NCBI GenBank assembly: GCA_025558095.1
Contig: JAIVFI010000028.1
Coordinates: 62,001-126,000, forward strand
Direction of reading: 5' to 3'
Origin: Hyaloraphidium curvatum SAG 235-1
Lineage: Eukaryota > Fungi > Monoblepharomycota
DNA: 64,000 nt
Part shown: positions 18,747 to 31,986 of the stretch, piece by piece
How positions within the stretch are numbered: position 1 is the first letter of the stretch
Layout: the number at the start of each line of letters is the position of its first letter
The notes under the pieces: model-generated
What the model was told of the DNA's origin: nothing
The model's input: the letters and a program-made list of their open reading frames with translations, nothing else
Database searches by the model: none
Position numbers and translations under genes: made by a program

Positions 18747-21700
18747 ATGGCCAGCGGAGGGCCGTCCGGGCCTTCCGGCCACCGCGGGCTGCCTGTCGTG
18801 GTTCGCGACGGGCGGCCGTGGCACGTCGTGACGGTGGAGAACGACGAGGGCGACTTTGTCGAGGAGTTCATCCCGGCGGACGAGGCGGGCATGCAGCCCG
18901 GACCCGCCGACGCGCCCAACGCGGGAGCACCGGGAAACGGCGGCGGCTTGAGGCGCGATGTCACGGAGGCCAAGGTCGACGCGGTCGTCGAGGTGCTCGG
19001 CGGGGCCGACTGCGCCTGGGGAAGGAACCAGATCCGCAACGCGCTGAAGAATGAGGGCGGCGACCCAGACCGCGCAATCGACCGCCTGCTCGGCCAGCCG
19101 CCCAAGCCGGACCCGGTGCCGCGGCCGCCGCGGCCCCCGCGCGAGAGGAAACCGCCGACGCCGCGGAAGCCGCCGCCCAACGGCTCGCGCGAGCTGGCCG
19201 CGCTGATGGAGCCCAGCGACGTGCACGGCGCGCCGGTGTTCGTCGACGTCGAGGGCACGATGGAGGGGTCGTCCGGCGTGGACGTGGAAATGGAGCCCGA
19301 GGCGCGGGAGGCGGTGAAGTCCGAGGCGGAGGTGGTGGTCGACGGCGGGCAGGCGCTGCCCAGGCCGGCCAAACCCGCCAAGCCGGCCAGGCCTGCAAAG
19401 GTGCAGCAACCCAACAAGGCGACCAAGGAGCCGCAAAGGGCCGCGGCACGCTCGCCGACCCCCTCTTCCGAACGCTCGCGGTCTCCCTCGCCTCCCGACT
19501 CGCCGCCTTCCACCGAATACAGGCCCAAGGCACCCGCAAAGAACGGCAAGTCGGCACAGGAGAAACCCCGCCGCAGCGAGCGCCACCGGCCCCCCGCCTC
19601 GGACCTCTCGCCCTCGCAGAACGGCCAGCCCGCCGGCGTCCGCGGCCACCGCGGCGAGGTGGCAACGGAATGGGACGGCTCCCCGCTCGTCCTCGCCGAC
19701 GTCGCCCCCACCGAGCGCATCCACATCGGCGACCTCCGCATCCCCCTCGCCTCCGTCCCCACGCAGATCAAGAAGCACGCCTCCGCGGGCCTGGCGTACG
19801 GCAACCTTTCCGTCGTCAACGACGGCACCCGCGACGGCGCCCTCGACATCGTCGCCACCCCCGCCTCCCGTCCCGTTCCGTTCGACGCCGATGGCACCGG
19901 CATCCACCTGCACAAGGCGCCCGCCCTCCCGCGGGGCAGGAAGCGCAAGGCGGACGAGGTCGGCGAGGAGCTGGCTGCTTTGCTCTCGGACCCGGACAAC
20001 TGCCCCGTGGTCTCGGTGGCCCTTGCCGGCACGCCGTACCAGCACAGGTTCGGCAACGGCCTGGGACACCACCTGCTCGCGGCGTACAAGGCGGGCTGGG
20101 TCGGGCTGGCGGCGTCCGTGTGCGCCGCGGCGAAGGTCGAGGCACACGACGCCGCGAAGCAGAAGTCCAAGGCCAAGGGCAAGGAGAAGGCGGCACCGGG
20201 GGGCTCCGTGCCGCTGCCGCCGCTCATGGACGGCAGCGACGATGACGGCGCCACGGAGGAGGGTCCGGACGACGGCAAGGAGGAGGGAAGCTTCCCGTAC
20301 GTCCTGGTGCTGTCGGTCTACCTCACGGAGCGCGCCCTCCGCTACGGCGCCGACCCGCACACGGCCGCGGACGCCTTCGTGGACGGTCCCCACCCTGCGG
20401 CGGACCGCAGCGCGTTCTTCCTCGCGCGGACGTTCGCCGGTGCTTCGCCGGCGCCAAAGGGGGTCGACGCGTTTGTGGACGGGTACATGCCCGACGCGCC
20501 GAGGAAGAAGGGGCCCGGGTGGAACCATTCGGTCCGGTTGGGGCCGCAGCGGGTCAGGGGGTGGCTGTCGGTGGACCCGGCGACGGATTCGTACTACACG
20601 AGGTGGGTTCCGTCCTCCTGCCCGCGCAAGCCGCGGCCCTCACCGTCCCCGTTCGTTGCAGCGCGAGGACCTACTACAACCCGCACGGCGATGCGTCGGT
20701 GTACGACCGCGCCGAGGCGCAGGCGCTTTCCCTGGAGCTCGACGGCCTGCTCGAATACGTCCGCCCCCCGGCAAACGCCGCGGAGGCCGAGGCGCCCGAG
20801 GGGATCGCGGCGACCTTGCTGCCGTTCCAGAAGCGCGCGCTGCGGTGGATGCTCGACAGGGAGACGGAGCTGCACCCCGACGGCGGGCGCGCGCTGCACC
20901 CGCTCTGGTGGGCGCTGAAGATGGGCGGGCACGGGGCCAAGGGGCGGATGCTGTACGCCAACGAGAGCACGGGGACGCTCTCGCTCAAGCGCTTCCACCC
21001 CGCCAAGTGCGAGCCCGGCGGGCTGCTCGCGGAGGAGATGGGCCTGGGCAAGACGGTCGAAGTGCTCTCGCTGGTGCTGGCCCACCCCCGGGACTTTTCC
21101 GCGCCCGACCCGAGCAGGTCGTTCCAGCTCATGCGGACCGTCGCGGACCCCGCCGCGAGGCCGGTCCCGGTGCGCGGGACGCTGATCGTGGCGCCGCAGT
21201 CGATCCTGGGGCAGTGGATCTCCGAGACCAAGAAGCACTCGCCGGACCTGAAGTTCCTCGAATTCGAACGGCGCAAGTGGGACGCGCACTACGCGCGCTC
21301 GCCGAGGGGCACGTCGGAGCGGGACGCGGCGGCGGCCTTGTTCGCGGACGCGGACGCGGTGTTTGCTTCGTACGAGACGCTGACGGCGGAGCTGAGGAGG
21401 AGCGGGAGGGCGAGGAAGTCGGCGCTGCTGTGGGTGCAGTGGTGGCGGGTGGTGTGCGACGAAGCCCAGCAGGTGGGTCCCCACGGCTGTCGGGAATGAG
21501 GTTGGACGCTGATGGCCTCCGGTTGGGACAGGTTGCGGACAGCAACGGGACGGCCGCGCAGATGGCGGGCGAGCTGTGGCGCGTCAACGGATGGGTCGTC
21601 ACCGGCACGCCCATCTCCAATGCCCTGCACGACATTCACGGCCTGCTCACCTTCTTGGACAGCGACCCCTTCGCCAGCCGGGAGGTGATCAAGAACTCGG

Positions 21701-23991
21701 TCATGGACCCGTTCACGCGGCGCAGCCCCGCGGGGATCCAGCGGCTGCGCGGCCTGCTGGCCAAACACACGTGGCGCAACACCAAGGAGCACGTGCGGCA
21801 CGAGTTCGAGCTGCCCGAGTCGTCCGAGGAGCGGATCGAGCTCGACCTTGTCCCCGCGGAGCGGCTCTTCTACAAGAAGCAGCGCCAGGACACCCTCGAT
21901 TTCCTCCGCGCGCAGCTCTCTGTCAACGACTCGCTGAGCCTGTCCAGCGCAGTCGTGGCCAAGATGACCATGCTGCGGCAGTGCTGCGACCACCCGCAGC
22001 TGACGGGGCAGTACAACGCGTCGTCGGCCAAGACCTGGGACGAGCTCAAGAAGCGCACGCTGAGCTACGAGGAGATCATGCGCGAGATCCTGAGCAAGGC
22101 CGAGGCGGAGCTGGAGCAGGCCGAGCTGGACCACGTCAACGAGGTGCTCCTGGTCGGGTACGCCACGCTGCAGCGGGAGCGCGACGACGAGGCCAAGGAC
22201 CGCGGCTCGGATTCGGGTTCGGACTACAGCGAGAGCGAGGAGTCGGAGGAGGAGGAGCCCCCGCCGCCAAAGTTCTCGCGCGCCCAGCTCGAGGACATGT
22301 ACCTCTCCTGCCTCACCGTCGTCGACCGCAACCTCACCCTGTGCCTGGAGCGGGACCGCTCGGCCGAGCTGATGCTGGCCTACTTCGACGCCGCCAAGCC
22401 CGCGCTGCGCAAGTGGCTCAGGGCAAAGTGGCACACCTTCGCCGCGCTGCGGGCGCTGGACCCCAAGCATCCGGTGCTGGAGGTCATGGGGGCCGAAAAG
22501 GAGACGGCCGAGATCGAGGAGCTGCTCAAGGAGACCGAGTTTTCCAAGGACGAGATCGAGAACCGGTACTGGCTCAAGAGTGGGTTTTTGTGGCGGGGCA
22601 AACGGGGCTCTGTCTAATTCTGGGGCAGTCTACAAGCAGGTCGCCATGATCCGCAACGAGCAGGAAGGCCTGCGCCGGAAGCGGGTCAACGAGGTCTCCA
22701 AGAAGCGGCGCCGCCCCCTTGCCGCCATCGAAAAGACCATGGAGCAGATGGCGCAGAAGGTCCGCACCAAGCAGAGCGAGGTGAACCACGTCAGGGGCCG
22801 GATGGAAGCCGAGATCGCCAAGAAGCGGGCGCAGGGCGGGGACGGTGCGGGCCCTTCGGACGCGCCGGCCGAGGACGAGCCCGAGCGCGCGCCGGCGCCG
22901 TCCAACGCGGCCGACGGCAACGCCTGCGCCGTGTGCTTCGACACCAACATCGAGGAGCCGTGCGTGACCCCGTGCGCGCACGTGTTCTGCTTCGGGTGCA
23001 TCAGGCCGGTGCTGGACGTCACCAAGGAGTGCCCGCTCTGCCGGACGAGGCTCACGGCCAGCGACCTGAGGGTCGCGGCGCCGGAAAAGGCCGAGGAGGA
23101 CGAGGGGGCGCCGCAGGAGGTGCTGGATGTGAAAGGAGGTGGGCCTCTTGTGTTTGCGCATCGGAGGGCTTCGCTGACGCCGGTTTTCAGAGTACGGCTC
23201 CAAGATCACCCGCATCGTCGCCGACGTCCAGCAGCGCCTCGCCCGAGACCCGACCACCAAGTTCGTCATCTTCTCGCACTGGACCAAGATGCTCCGCCTG
23301 GTGGCCACCGCGCTCGAGGCCAATGGGATCGGTACCGCGGACTTCACCGGCCCGCGCGACGGCCGCGGGGACGCGCTGACGCGGATCAAGGAGGACCCCG
23401 GGACGAGCGTCATCCTGGTCGGGATGCGGTCGAGGGAAGGCGCGGCGGGCCTGACGCTGACGTGCTGCAACGTCTGCTACATCGTCGAGCCGGCCATCAG
23501 GTGGGTTTGGCGACCGGCACGAGCTTGCGCATTGCTGACGTTGCCCCGCCAGCCCCGGCCTTGTGGACCAGGCCATCGGCAGGATCAACAGGATCGGGCA
23601 GACGCGGCCGACGACGGTGGTACACCTCATCGTCAAGGACTCGATCGAAAGCAAGATCGAGGCCTTGCAGAAGCGCAAGCGGATGGCGGCCAAGCGAGGC
23701 GGGCAGCAGCTCGCCGAGGCGGCCAGCTCGATCGCGGAGCGGGCGGGCAAGGGCAAGCAGAGCGCGGGCGCGGTCAAGTTCGCGGGGGCCAACCAGGAGA
23801 GGGAGGAGCTGCTGACGGAGGAGGTTTGCTTCATCTTTGACGTGGACGTGGACGAGCTGCGCAAGGATTCGGAGCTCCAGCAGGAGGCGATTGCCACGGT
23901 GCAGCAGCGTGTGCGGGAGATGGGCGGCGGGCGGTCGCGGAGGCGAAGGATCGACTGGTCCGATGACGAGCTCGAGATCATGGAGGAGTGA
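18747..23991 (+). CDS. SNF2-family helicase with RING finger (SHPRH/Irc20/Rad5-like) and N-terminal CUE/UBA-like domain
   Basis: Helicase motifs are [33 protein letters not shown] and VTGTP. The RING is [18 protein letters not shown]. The helicase C-terminal motifs are FVIFSHW, GLTLT and [12 protein letters not shown]. Multi-exon. Confidence 0.9.
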
Positions 23992-24250
23992 TCTCGAGAT
24001 CGGGGAGGCGTGATACTCGAATCATGGAGGACCGATACCCGGGGCATTTGTATGGGGATACCCAATGCTGTCATTCTGGCATTACATGACGTTTCTCGGC
24101 GGTGAGGCGGGGTTGCTGAGGGTCGGTGCGTTCGTTCTGCGGGGCGCGGATGGGGCTTAGTCCAGGGTCCACCGCAGAGGCCGACGCCCGGGCGTCCCTT
24201 CCTCGTCGAACAAAAGCCGGCACCCGCGGCTTCTCCCCTCGGCAGCGGCC

Positions 24251-26738
24251 ATGGCTCCTCGCACGGCCCTCGCGATCGGCGTTGCGCTTTGCGCGCTCGC
24301 GGTCTCCGCGGCCGCCGCGCCGCCGCTGCGGTTCCATCCGCGCGACGAGTCGAAGCCGTTCCTCCGGCGCCAGGGCCCCAATGTCACCGTCGCGGAGGGC
24401 TCCTACGTGATCGTGTACAACTGTGCGTGGCCCGCCGACGCAGGCCGAGGGTTGCGTGGCGCTGATTCGGCGGCCCTCCCCCGACAGACCCCCAGAACGT
24501 CGACGACTACTTCAAGACCTGGGCGACCACTCCCGCCCCGCTGGTCGCCAACCCGGCCGACCTCGAGAAGCTCTACTGGCCGCAGACGCCGCCGTCGTAC
24601 GAGACCTGGAAGAACGACTCGATCAAGTGGATCGCGAAGCGCGAGGAGGAGAAGAAGCTCCAGAACTGCACGTTCCTGTACACCGGCCCGCTGCTGCACT
24701 CGGCGACCTGCCAGGTGTACCCCGGCTCGGACTGGAACGCCACTCTGACCGAGCTCAAGGCCAACACGGCGACCTGTGGGTCCTCTTCACGCCTTAGCCG
24801 GCTTTCCTCGATCTGACTCCCCCAACCTCGTCTAGTCGACTTCGTCGAGCCCAACATCAACCTCGCGACTCCTCCCAACAACGGGTCCGTGACGCCGTCG
24901 GACAACCCGTGGATCTGCATCAAGGACGTCTCGCCCCAAGGCGCCGGCGAGTATGCCCCCGTCCACGTCGACATTGACGGCGAGGTGGCATGCATGGCCA
25001 ACGCCACGCGCGGCGCCTGCTTGTGGAGGCCCACGAACGCCAGCTGCGTCCAGCTCATTTCGAGCCCTCCCGACCCGATCGTGGAAATCCAGTGCGGTGC
25101 CGATCACGAGGCCATCTTCGGCTTCACTGGCTACGACGAACCCTCGTCGTGGTGCAACTCGCTCAACCGCACCACCAACGGCACCGCGGACGGCCGGCCC
25201 ACTGGGCTGCGCTTCGTCGACAGGCTGCTGCGCCGGCAGAGCCCGCGCACCCAGCAGACCCCCGTCCGCCAGAACTGGGACATCGACCGTATCAACCAGC
25301 GCAACCTGCCCCTGGACCAGAGCTACGACTACCTCTCCACCGCTGGTCAGGGTGTGACGGTCTACGTCATCGACACGGGCATCCGCATCACCCACTCGGA
25401 GTTCGAGGGCACCCGCGCCCGCTGGGGCATCACCACCTGCAAGAGCAAGGGCTGCCCCGACATCGACGACCAGGGCCACGGCACGTTCGTCGCCGGGCTC
25501 GTGGCCGGCAAGATGCTCGGCGTCGCCAAGAAGTCCGAGGTGGTGGCCATCAAGGCGCTCAACTCGCAGGGCTCGGGCACCAACTCGGACATCATCGCCG
25601 GCATTCAGTGGGCGCTGGATGACTTCAAGAGGCGCGGAGGGAAGCCTAGCGTCATCAACATGTGAGTATACTTCTCCGCGCACGTAGCGCGTCGAGGTCC
25701 CTGACCTTGTGGTTCCCCAGGTCTCTCGGCGGCGGCAGGTCCGAAGCTCTGAACCGCGCCGTGCTGTCGGCGATCGCTATGGGTGTTCACGTCGTCACTG
25801 CGGCCGGCAATGAGGACCAGGACGCCTGCGGCGTCTCCCCCGCTTCGGCCTCGCCCGGCACCGCCGTCCTCACCGTCGGCTCGACCAACAAGCGCGATGG
25901 GCTCTCCTCCTTCTCCAACTGGGGCACGTGCGTGGACATCCTTGCCCCTGGTGAGGAGGTCGTGTCGGCCAGCCACAAGGGCGACACCCAGGCGACCCAG
26001 AACTCGGGCACCAGCTTCTCGTGCCCGACCGTCGCCGGCGCCATGGCCCTGCTCCTCGGCAACAACCCCAACGCCGGCCTCGCCATCACCCCGCAGCAGC
26101 TCAAGAGCGCCATCCTCGCTGACACCACCCCCAACGTGATCTCGATCCCCTCGGGCTCGCGCCGTTCGACCCCGAACAAGCTCCTATACACCGGCGCTCA
26201 GCAGGGCAGCCCGGACACAACCACCCGCCCGCCGAGCTCCAACTTCAACCAGCCCCCGCCCGAGCAGGTCACCACGACCACGACCACCAGCTCGTCGGGC
26301 CTCTCGACGGCCGCCATCATCGGCATCGTCGTCGGCGTCGTCCTCGTCATCGGCCTGATCGCGTGGTTCTGCATCGCGCAGAAGAGGAAGAAGGACAAGG
26401 CGGCAAAGGCCGCCGCTGCGCAGGCCGCGGCGTACCAGCAGCCCCCGGTCGACGTCAAGACCCAGCCGGCGATGCAGACCGTGCCTCCGGCGCAGTACCA
26501 GACCCCTGGTTGTGGGTATTCCCCTCTGCCGACCAACCCCGATCGTATCCTGACTGTTCCCTCAGACGCTGCGCCCGCGGTCGCTGCTCCCGCTGCCACC
26601 GTTTACCAGCAGCCTGCCTACGCCCCTCCTCCGGCGGGCCAGCCGGCCAACCTCTACAGCGCGCCCAGCTACGCCGACGGATCCCCGGTGGGAGCGGACT
26701 GGCAGAGCACGGTGCCGCCGGCCACGCCGCCCAAGTAG
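24251..26738 (+). CDS. Subtilisin-like serine protease (S8, proteinase K type) with I9 prodomain and C-terminal transmembrane anchor
   Basis: Signal peptide; catalytic motifs VYVIDTG, GHGTFVAG and SGTSFSCP; Thr-rich stalk; TM segment AIIGIVVGVVLVIGLIAWF; Pro/Tyr-rich tail. Confidence 0.9.
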
Positions 26739-26830
26739 GTGGGGAGCGGATGCGACGTTGGAAGCATGTATTTTCCGAATGCGATTATTCTGTGCGCAAC
26801 ATATCGTTCGCCACCAAATGTCTGGCAAAG

Positions 26831-28272
26831 TTACGGGATGAGGGCCATGCGGCCCTTGATCTGCCCCTTCTCGAGGGCATGGAACTGGTCCACGAGCGTG
26901 GACAGCGGGGCCGTCTGGACGACGGGGTTGATCTGCTTCTTGGCGATGGCGTCGAGGATGTCCACGAGCTCGTCCTTGTTGCCCCTATCAGGAAAGTCAG
27001 CCTTACGAGCCGGGGATTGCACCGACGGAAAAGACTCGCCAGAAGCAGCAGTTGATGGTGAGCTCGCGGAGAGCTGTCGGCGTGACGGGGACAGTGAGCA
27101 TGGGAGCGTGAAGGCCGACCTGCGTGTAGCGGCCTATTGCGCGGGGCATTAGTCGCTCAATCATCGTCATGTGTGCCCCCAGCTTATCGCCACGTACCGC
27201 CGCTGGTCACGCAGATCATGCCGAGGTCGAACGTGTCCTGCGAAACGACGCAATCGATCACGAGATCAATTTCGATGTTGTTGTCCTTGATGAAGTCAAC
27301 CAGCCCCTTGCTGTCGACCGCGTGGGTCGCCCCTTTGGCGAGGGCGTCCTGGCGGGCGGACTCCTTGACGTCGGCCGCCACGATGGTCTTGGCACCCTTG
27401 AGCTTGGCGATCTCAACCGAGTTCAGGCCCAGCCCACCGAGGCCGATGACGAGCACGTTCTCCCCCGGGACCATCTTGGAGCGGTTGAGGATCGCGTGCC
27501 AAGGCGTCAGCACCGCGTCGGTGGCGACGGCTGCGACGGCTGCCGACACCCCATCGGGGACCTTGACGAGGCTCTGCGCCGGCACCTTGCTGTACTGGGC
27601 CCAGGAGCCGTCAACGCCGAGCCCGAGCCACTGACGACTGGGGTGAACGCAGAGCGGGTCCTGGCCCTTGGCACAGGGGCGGCACTGTTCGGGCTTGCGG
27701 CACGGGTTCGTCGAGTGGACGGCGTAGAGCGCGCCAACCTCAATGTCTTTGACGTTCGAGCCGAGCTTGACTGGAAGCAATCGGAGAGCCGTTGAAAGCG
27801 ACGATCGTAAGCGCCCGCCAGAAGAGCGCACCCGAAGGCGAAGATGGGAGGCGTCAGCGGGAGACAAGGAGACGGAGGCACATTCCCCACCTGCGCGGCC
27901 GGCACCCTCGTGTCCGAGCTGGTAACACGCCAGAAAGATAGGCAAAATTGGGTATCAAATCCTCGGCAAGAACGTCGCACAGGGCACGGAGACCCACAGT
28001 GAACCCGGAGGGAAAGAGCGAAGAAGCGGCGCTGCCGGGCTCATACAGGTGGAGGTCCGAATGGCTGTTGATACTGAGTGACCCTGCCCCTTCAATTCGG
28101 CATATGAAGAGACCAACCAGAGCCCCGCGGCCTCGATTTTGATTAGGACCTCGTCCGGACCGATGTCCTTTGGGACCGGCACGTCGGCGCGCTTCGGCTG
28201 ATTCTCGCCCGCTTTAATCGCGGCCGGATCGAACCGGAAGGCAAGCATCGTGTCGGGAATGGCGGCCGCCAT
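26831..28272 (-). CDS. Zinc-dependent alcohol dehydrogenase (MDR family), multi-exon
   Basis: EVLIKIEAAGL|CHSD, LGHEGAG, Zn Cys cluster, GLGVDGSWAQY, VATDAVLTPWHA, IGLGGLG and a C-terminal KGRMALIP. Confidence 0.9.
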
Positions 28273-28404
28273 GATGGGCGTTTCGGTTGGGAGCGAGAGA
28301 GGGGCGCGGAAAGACGCGAGTGAAGGCGGCAAATCGGCAACTTCCTTCACCCGCGTACACCCCGTTGATCGAGGACAGCAGGAAGCCAGGTCACTCACAG
28401 CAAT

Positions 28405-29820
28405 CTAGAATCCTTTCAGCTTGAACGAGTATATACTAGCATCCGGCGTCCGTCCCGAGCCGTCATTCACCACCTCATCGTGACCAACCCGTCCCGCTGA
28501 CGGCGTCATGGCGTACTCCAGGACTTTCTCGACCTCCTCCTCCCCCTTGCGCAGCACGATCTGCGCAAGCTGCTTAACAGTCGTCCCCGTGGGAACCAGC
28601 ACCACGTCGCGGAAAACGCCCTGCGAAACCGTTCCGCCCGGCGCCGCGAAGCTGTTGATGTTTCCAACCACGTAAACGGGTGCCATGCCGAGTCGTTGAA
28701 CCGCCAGGGAGAGGATTTTGCCCACGCCCGTACCGCCATACCGAAAGAGCACGAGATCCTGCACGTTGTTCAGTCGATGCCGGGTCTTGTCATCCAGTGG
28801 GACAAGCCCGAGCTCCGGAGCCGTTTCCGAAGTCTCGTAAGTGTCCGCTCCTTCCCGATACCCTGCAGGTGGCGCAACATGGTCAGCACTCGAACTAGCC
28901 CCGGCGAGACTCGGCCCACGGATGAAGTTCTGTTTGGCGAGCTTCCTCAGGAAGAACTCTGCCAGAGCCGATGTCAATACAATCTCGTCCTGCCCATATC
29001 GTCGGCAGATCCGGTCAATATTCCGATCGGTATCCGGCGTCGCCAGGTCTATTTTGTTGAGCGCAATGACGGTCGGGAAGCGCTCCCGTAGGAAGCACTC
29101 GACGACAAAGGAAAGGTCCTCGGGAGTCCAGGTCTCCAAATGTTCCAATTGGAAGTTCTCCGACAGCGCCGGCTTATCCCGCGCCGCGGCCTCCGAGTGC
29201 ACCCTCGCCAGGCACCTCTGTACGGTCGCCAAGTCCGCTCCGTACCCGGAAAACTGCGTCAGCAGCGCCTCGGCCGACGTGCTCCGGATGGCGAGGTGCC
29301 TCCGAAGCGTCCCTGACCATTTGGCCTCCAGGTTCCCCAGGACCCAAGCGTGGATCTCGCTCTTAAGCCAATCAATGTCGTCGATGGGATCATAGCCGAC
29401 AGTTTCCTTTCCACCGGCGTCGGTCGTCCCCGAAACGTCCACAACGTGGACAAGAACGTCCGCGGTCCGCAAATCGTCGAGAAACTTGTTCCCCAGGCCA
29501 GCACCCTTGCTGGCGCCGGGCACTAAGCCCGCAACGTCCGAGATCCGCACGGGGATCAGCCTCTCCCCGCCCTCGCAAGCGCCGTAGCGCGGTTTGCAGT
29601 TCTCGGTTACGCCGAACCGCGCGCAGGGGCACGGATAGCGGACATAGCCGACCCCGTGGTTGGGGTCGATGGTCGTGAACGGGTAGTTGCCGGCTTTGGC
29701 GACCGCCTGGCCGACGAGGGAGTTGAGGAGGGAGGATTTGCCCGCGCTGGGTTTCCCGACGCAGGCAATGAGGGGTGTCGGAGGCGGTTGAGGGCCCGGA
29801 CCGGGCGGCGGGGGAGGCAT
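28405..29820 (-). CDS. Obg/YchF-related GTPase (YGR210C/archaeal-type)
   Basis: [39 protein letters not shown] and ALNKID; one in-frame intron. Confidence 0.88.
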   Translation of the reverse strand: MPPPPPGPGPQPPPTPLIACVGKPSAGKSSLLNSLVGQAVAKAGNYPFTTIDPNHGVGYVRYPCPCARFGVTENCKPRYGACEGGERLIPVRISDVAGLVPGASKGAGLGNKFLDDLRTADVLVHVVDVSGTTDAGGKETVGYDPIDDIDWLKSEIHAWVLGNLEAKWSGTLRRHLAIRSTSAEALLTQFSGYGADLATVQRCLARVHSEAAARDKPALSENFQLEHLETWTPEDLSFVVECFLRERFPTVIALNKIDLATPDTDRNIDRICRRYGQDEIVLTSALAEFFLRKLAKQNFIRGPSLAGASSSADHVAPPAGYREGADTYETSETAPELGLVPLDDKTRHRLNNVQDLVLFRYGGTGVGKILSLAVQRLGMAPVYVVGNINSFAAPGGTVSQGVFRDVVLVPTGTTVKQLAQIVLRKGEEEVEKVLEYAMTPSAGRVGHDEVVNDGSGRTPDASIYSFKLKGF

Positions 29821-30251
29821 ATCGGGGGCGGAATGATCCCAGAAAAAGGGACGACGCGATCCCAGGACGGATCCCGGCGGGAGCGGGACGGAAACGAGAG
29901 CGGTAGTACGGGAGTCGACAGACGCGTCCGTTTGTTTATTCCGTCCGCCCGCTTGTCTGAGGTCCCCGAGCACCGCTCGATCTGCTGGATCGATAAACAA
30001 ATCGCTGATCGGAGCTGCTGCAGCTATCGGTTCTCGCAAGCTTGTGAATCAACTCGATTAGCTTGTCAAGGCGGCCCTCCCGGCTCTGGCATGCGCCTCG
30101 GGACGCGAGGAACACAGGACTCCAACGATCTCGAACGCATTTGTTGTTATTCTTGTGCTGCTTCAAGCTGAGTGGCACCCGGGAAGCTTTAAGTGGGTTT
30201 GCGCAGGGATCTTCGAACGAGGCGAGCGGGGATCCGGGAGACGCCAACAAC

Positions 30252-31910
30252 ATGGAGCAGCCTCCAGAGTCCGCACCGCCGGCCGATACCGCGGCCAAAG
30301 CGTCCGGCTTCTTCTCTCCTGCTGACCTATATGCGGCCTTCCCGCTTCCACTCCCTCCCGCGGGCCCGTGGGACCGCGACCGCCCGCGGTCCGACCCCGC
30401 AGGCGCTCTGCGCAGCGAGCTCCGCAGCTGGGACTCGCTGCGGTCCGCGCTGGAGCCGCACCCCACACTCCTGACGCTTGTCGGCTGGGGACGGGTGCTG
30501 TGGTGGATGCCGGTGACCCTTTTTCCTCGTTACACCGCGATGGGCGCGGCTGTCGCGGCCTTCTGCGCGACCATGTTCCCGTTCGGCGCAGATTCCTTCG
30601 GTCGGACGCAGCTTGTCGGCGGCTACGTGCTGGTAGCGCTGCACTGCGCCGCGTATCCGATCCTGTGGTTCGCCGGCCAGGTGGTGTTGATCAAAGACCA
30701 GCAACTCGGGGGCTCGGTGAGCACTTGGGACGCGCTACGCGCCGGGCTGCGGGCGAACGCCTGGCCAACGCCTTGGAAAGGCGCCTTGGAGGACACGTGG
30801 TGTTCTGCGCTCGCCATTCTGCCGCCTTGGGCGCGGCGCGTGGGGGACCCTTCGTCCGGCACTGCCCTAGGGCACGTCGAGGGCGATGTGGACTGCACCT
30901 GCGCCGCCCCGCGGTGTGGGGGTGGCCTGGTGTCCGCCGCAGTCCGCCACTGGGTGGGCGACGTGGCCGTGCGGGTCGCTTTTGCGTCCCTGTGGATTTT
31001 CGTCGCCTGGACGCCTCTCTTTGGGCTCCCACAGGTCTGGACGCATGCGTGGAGCATCTTTCTGGCCGTCTGCTTTTGTGGGTTGAACCTGCCGCGCTCT
31101 TCGCAGGGCCGCTGAAGCTCCCCATATGACAGGTTCCGTGACAGCCATGTCCGCCGTGGAACAGTTCAGCTACCCGGCCTCGGAGTTTGGCCTCCTCAAG
31201 CTCGAGGGCCGCGTCCGCCGGCGGCTCACGCGCCGTGCCCTGGCCGCTTTCCTCGACCGCGCGCGCCGGACCGTCCTCGACGGCGACGATTTCAAGACCC
31301 CGAGCGAGCTCTGGGGCTCGTCCGACGAGCCGTACATCCAGCTCCATACCGAGCTGCGCCCCCGGTGGTCCCACGCGGTGGGCTCCAGCAACCTTCCAGC
31401 CGCCTACCCGTTCCTGATCCTCCTCCTCGTGGCATTCATGGCCACCAGCATAGTGAGTGCGAGTGGCTGCCCTTATCGGCGCTACCTCACGGTCCGCCTG
31501 TCCAGATCATCGGCAGCTGCATCCCCGCCTGGATGATCTCCTGGGTTGCCTACGCCTTCTACGTCCTCTTTCGCGACCTCTGGATCGCGGGGGTGGCCAA
31601 CGCCGAGGTCGCCGCCATCGGCGACCTCTACTCCTCCGCACTCACCGAGCTCCGGAACCTCCTCGTCGCCGCCACCCCACCCCCACCCAAGGGCTCCCCC
31701 TGGGCCCCGCACCTCGCTGCCCACGCGGCCGCGCTGGAGCGGTACGCCGCCGAGGCCGCCGCTCCGGGGCGGACGTTCCTCGGGTTCGTGGTCAGGTTCG
31801 GGTCGCTACGGGCCCTGCTGGTGTCGCTGCTGACGGTGGCGTTCGCGGCGTGGGGGTTGGCGAGGGGATTCGGTGTGGGGGCGGTACTGGACACTGTTTG
31901 CCCAGGATAG
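30252..31910 (+). CDS. Seven-TM membrane protein, paralog of 50838-52286 (possible gustatory-receptor-like 7TM ion channel)
   Basis: Three exons and about 7 hydrophobic segments. It shares CxCxxxxCxGG, GSCIPA, ANA[E/Q] and the C-terminal FLGFxV...TV motifs with its paralog. Confidence 0.7.
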
Positions 31911-31986
31911 CCAGATCGGAGTGGCGTACGAGAGCAGCGAGGGTGAATTCGCGGGGCAACGTGAAGCCATGCCGTCGTACTACCCA

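Noticed and set aside
17991-20528. Long antisense or alternative-frame ORFs (e.g. 845 aa here, 573 aa at 2985, 532 aa at 34891, 727 aa at 61573)
   Set aside because: These are shadow ORFs from high GC3 codon bias opposite or overlapping real genes, with no independent motifs.
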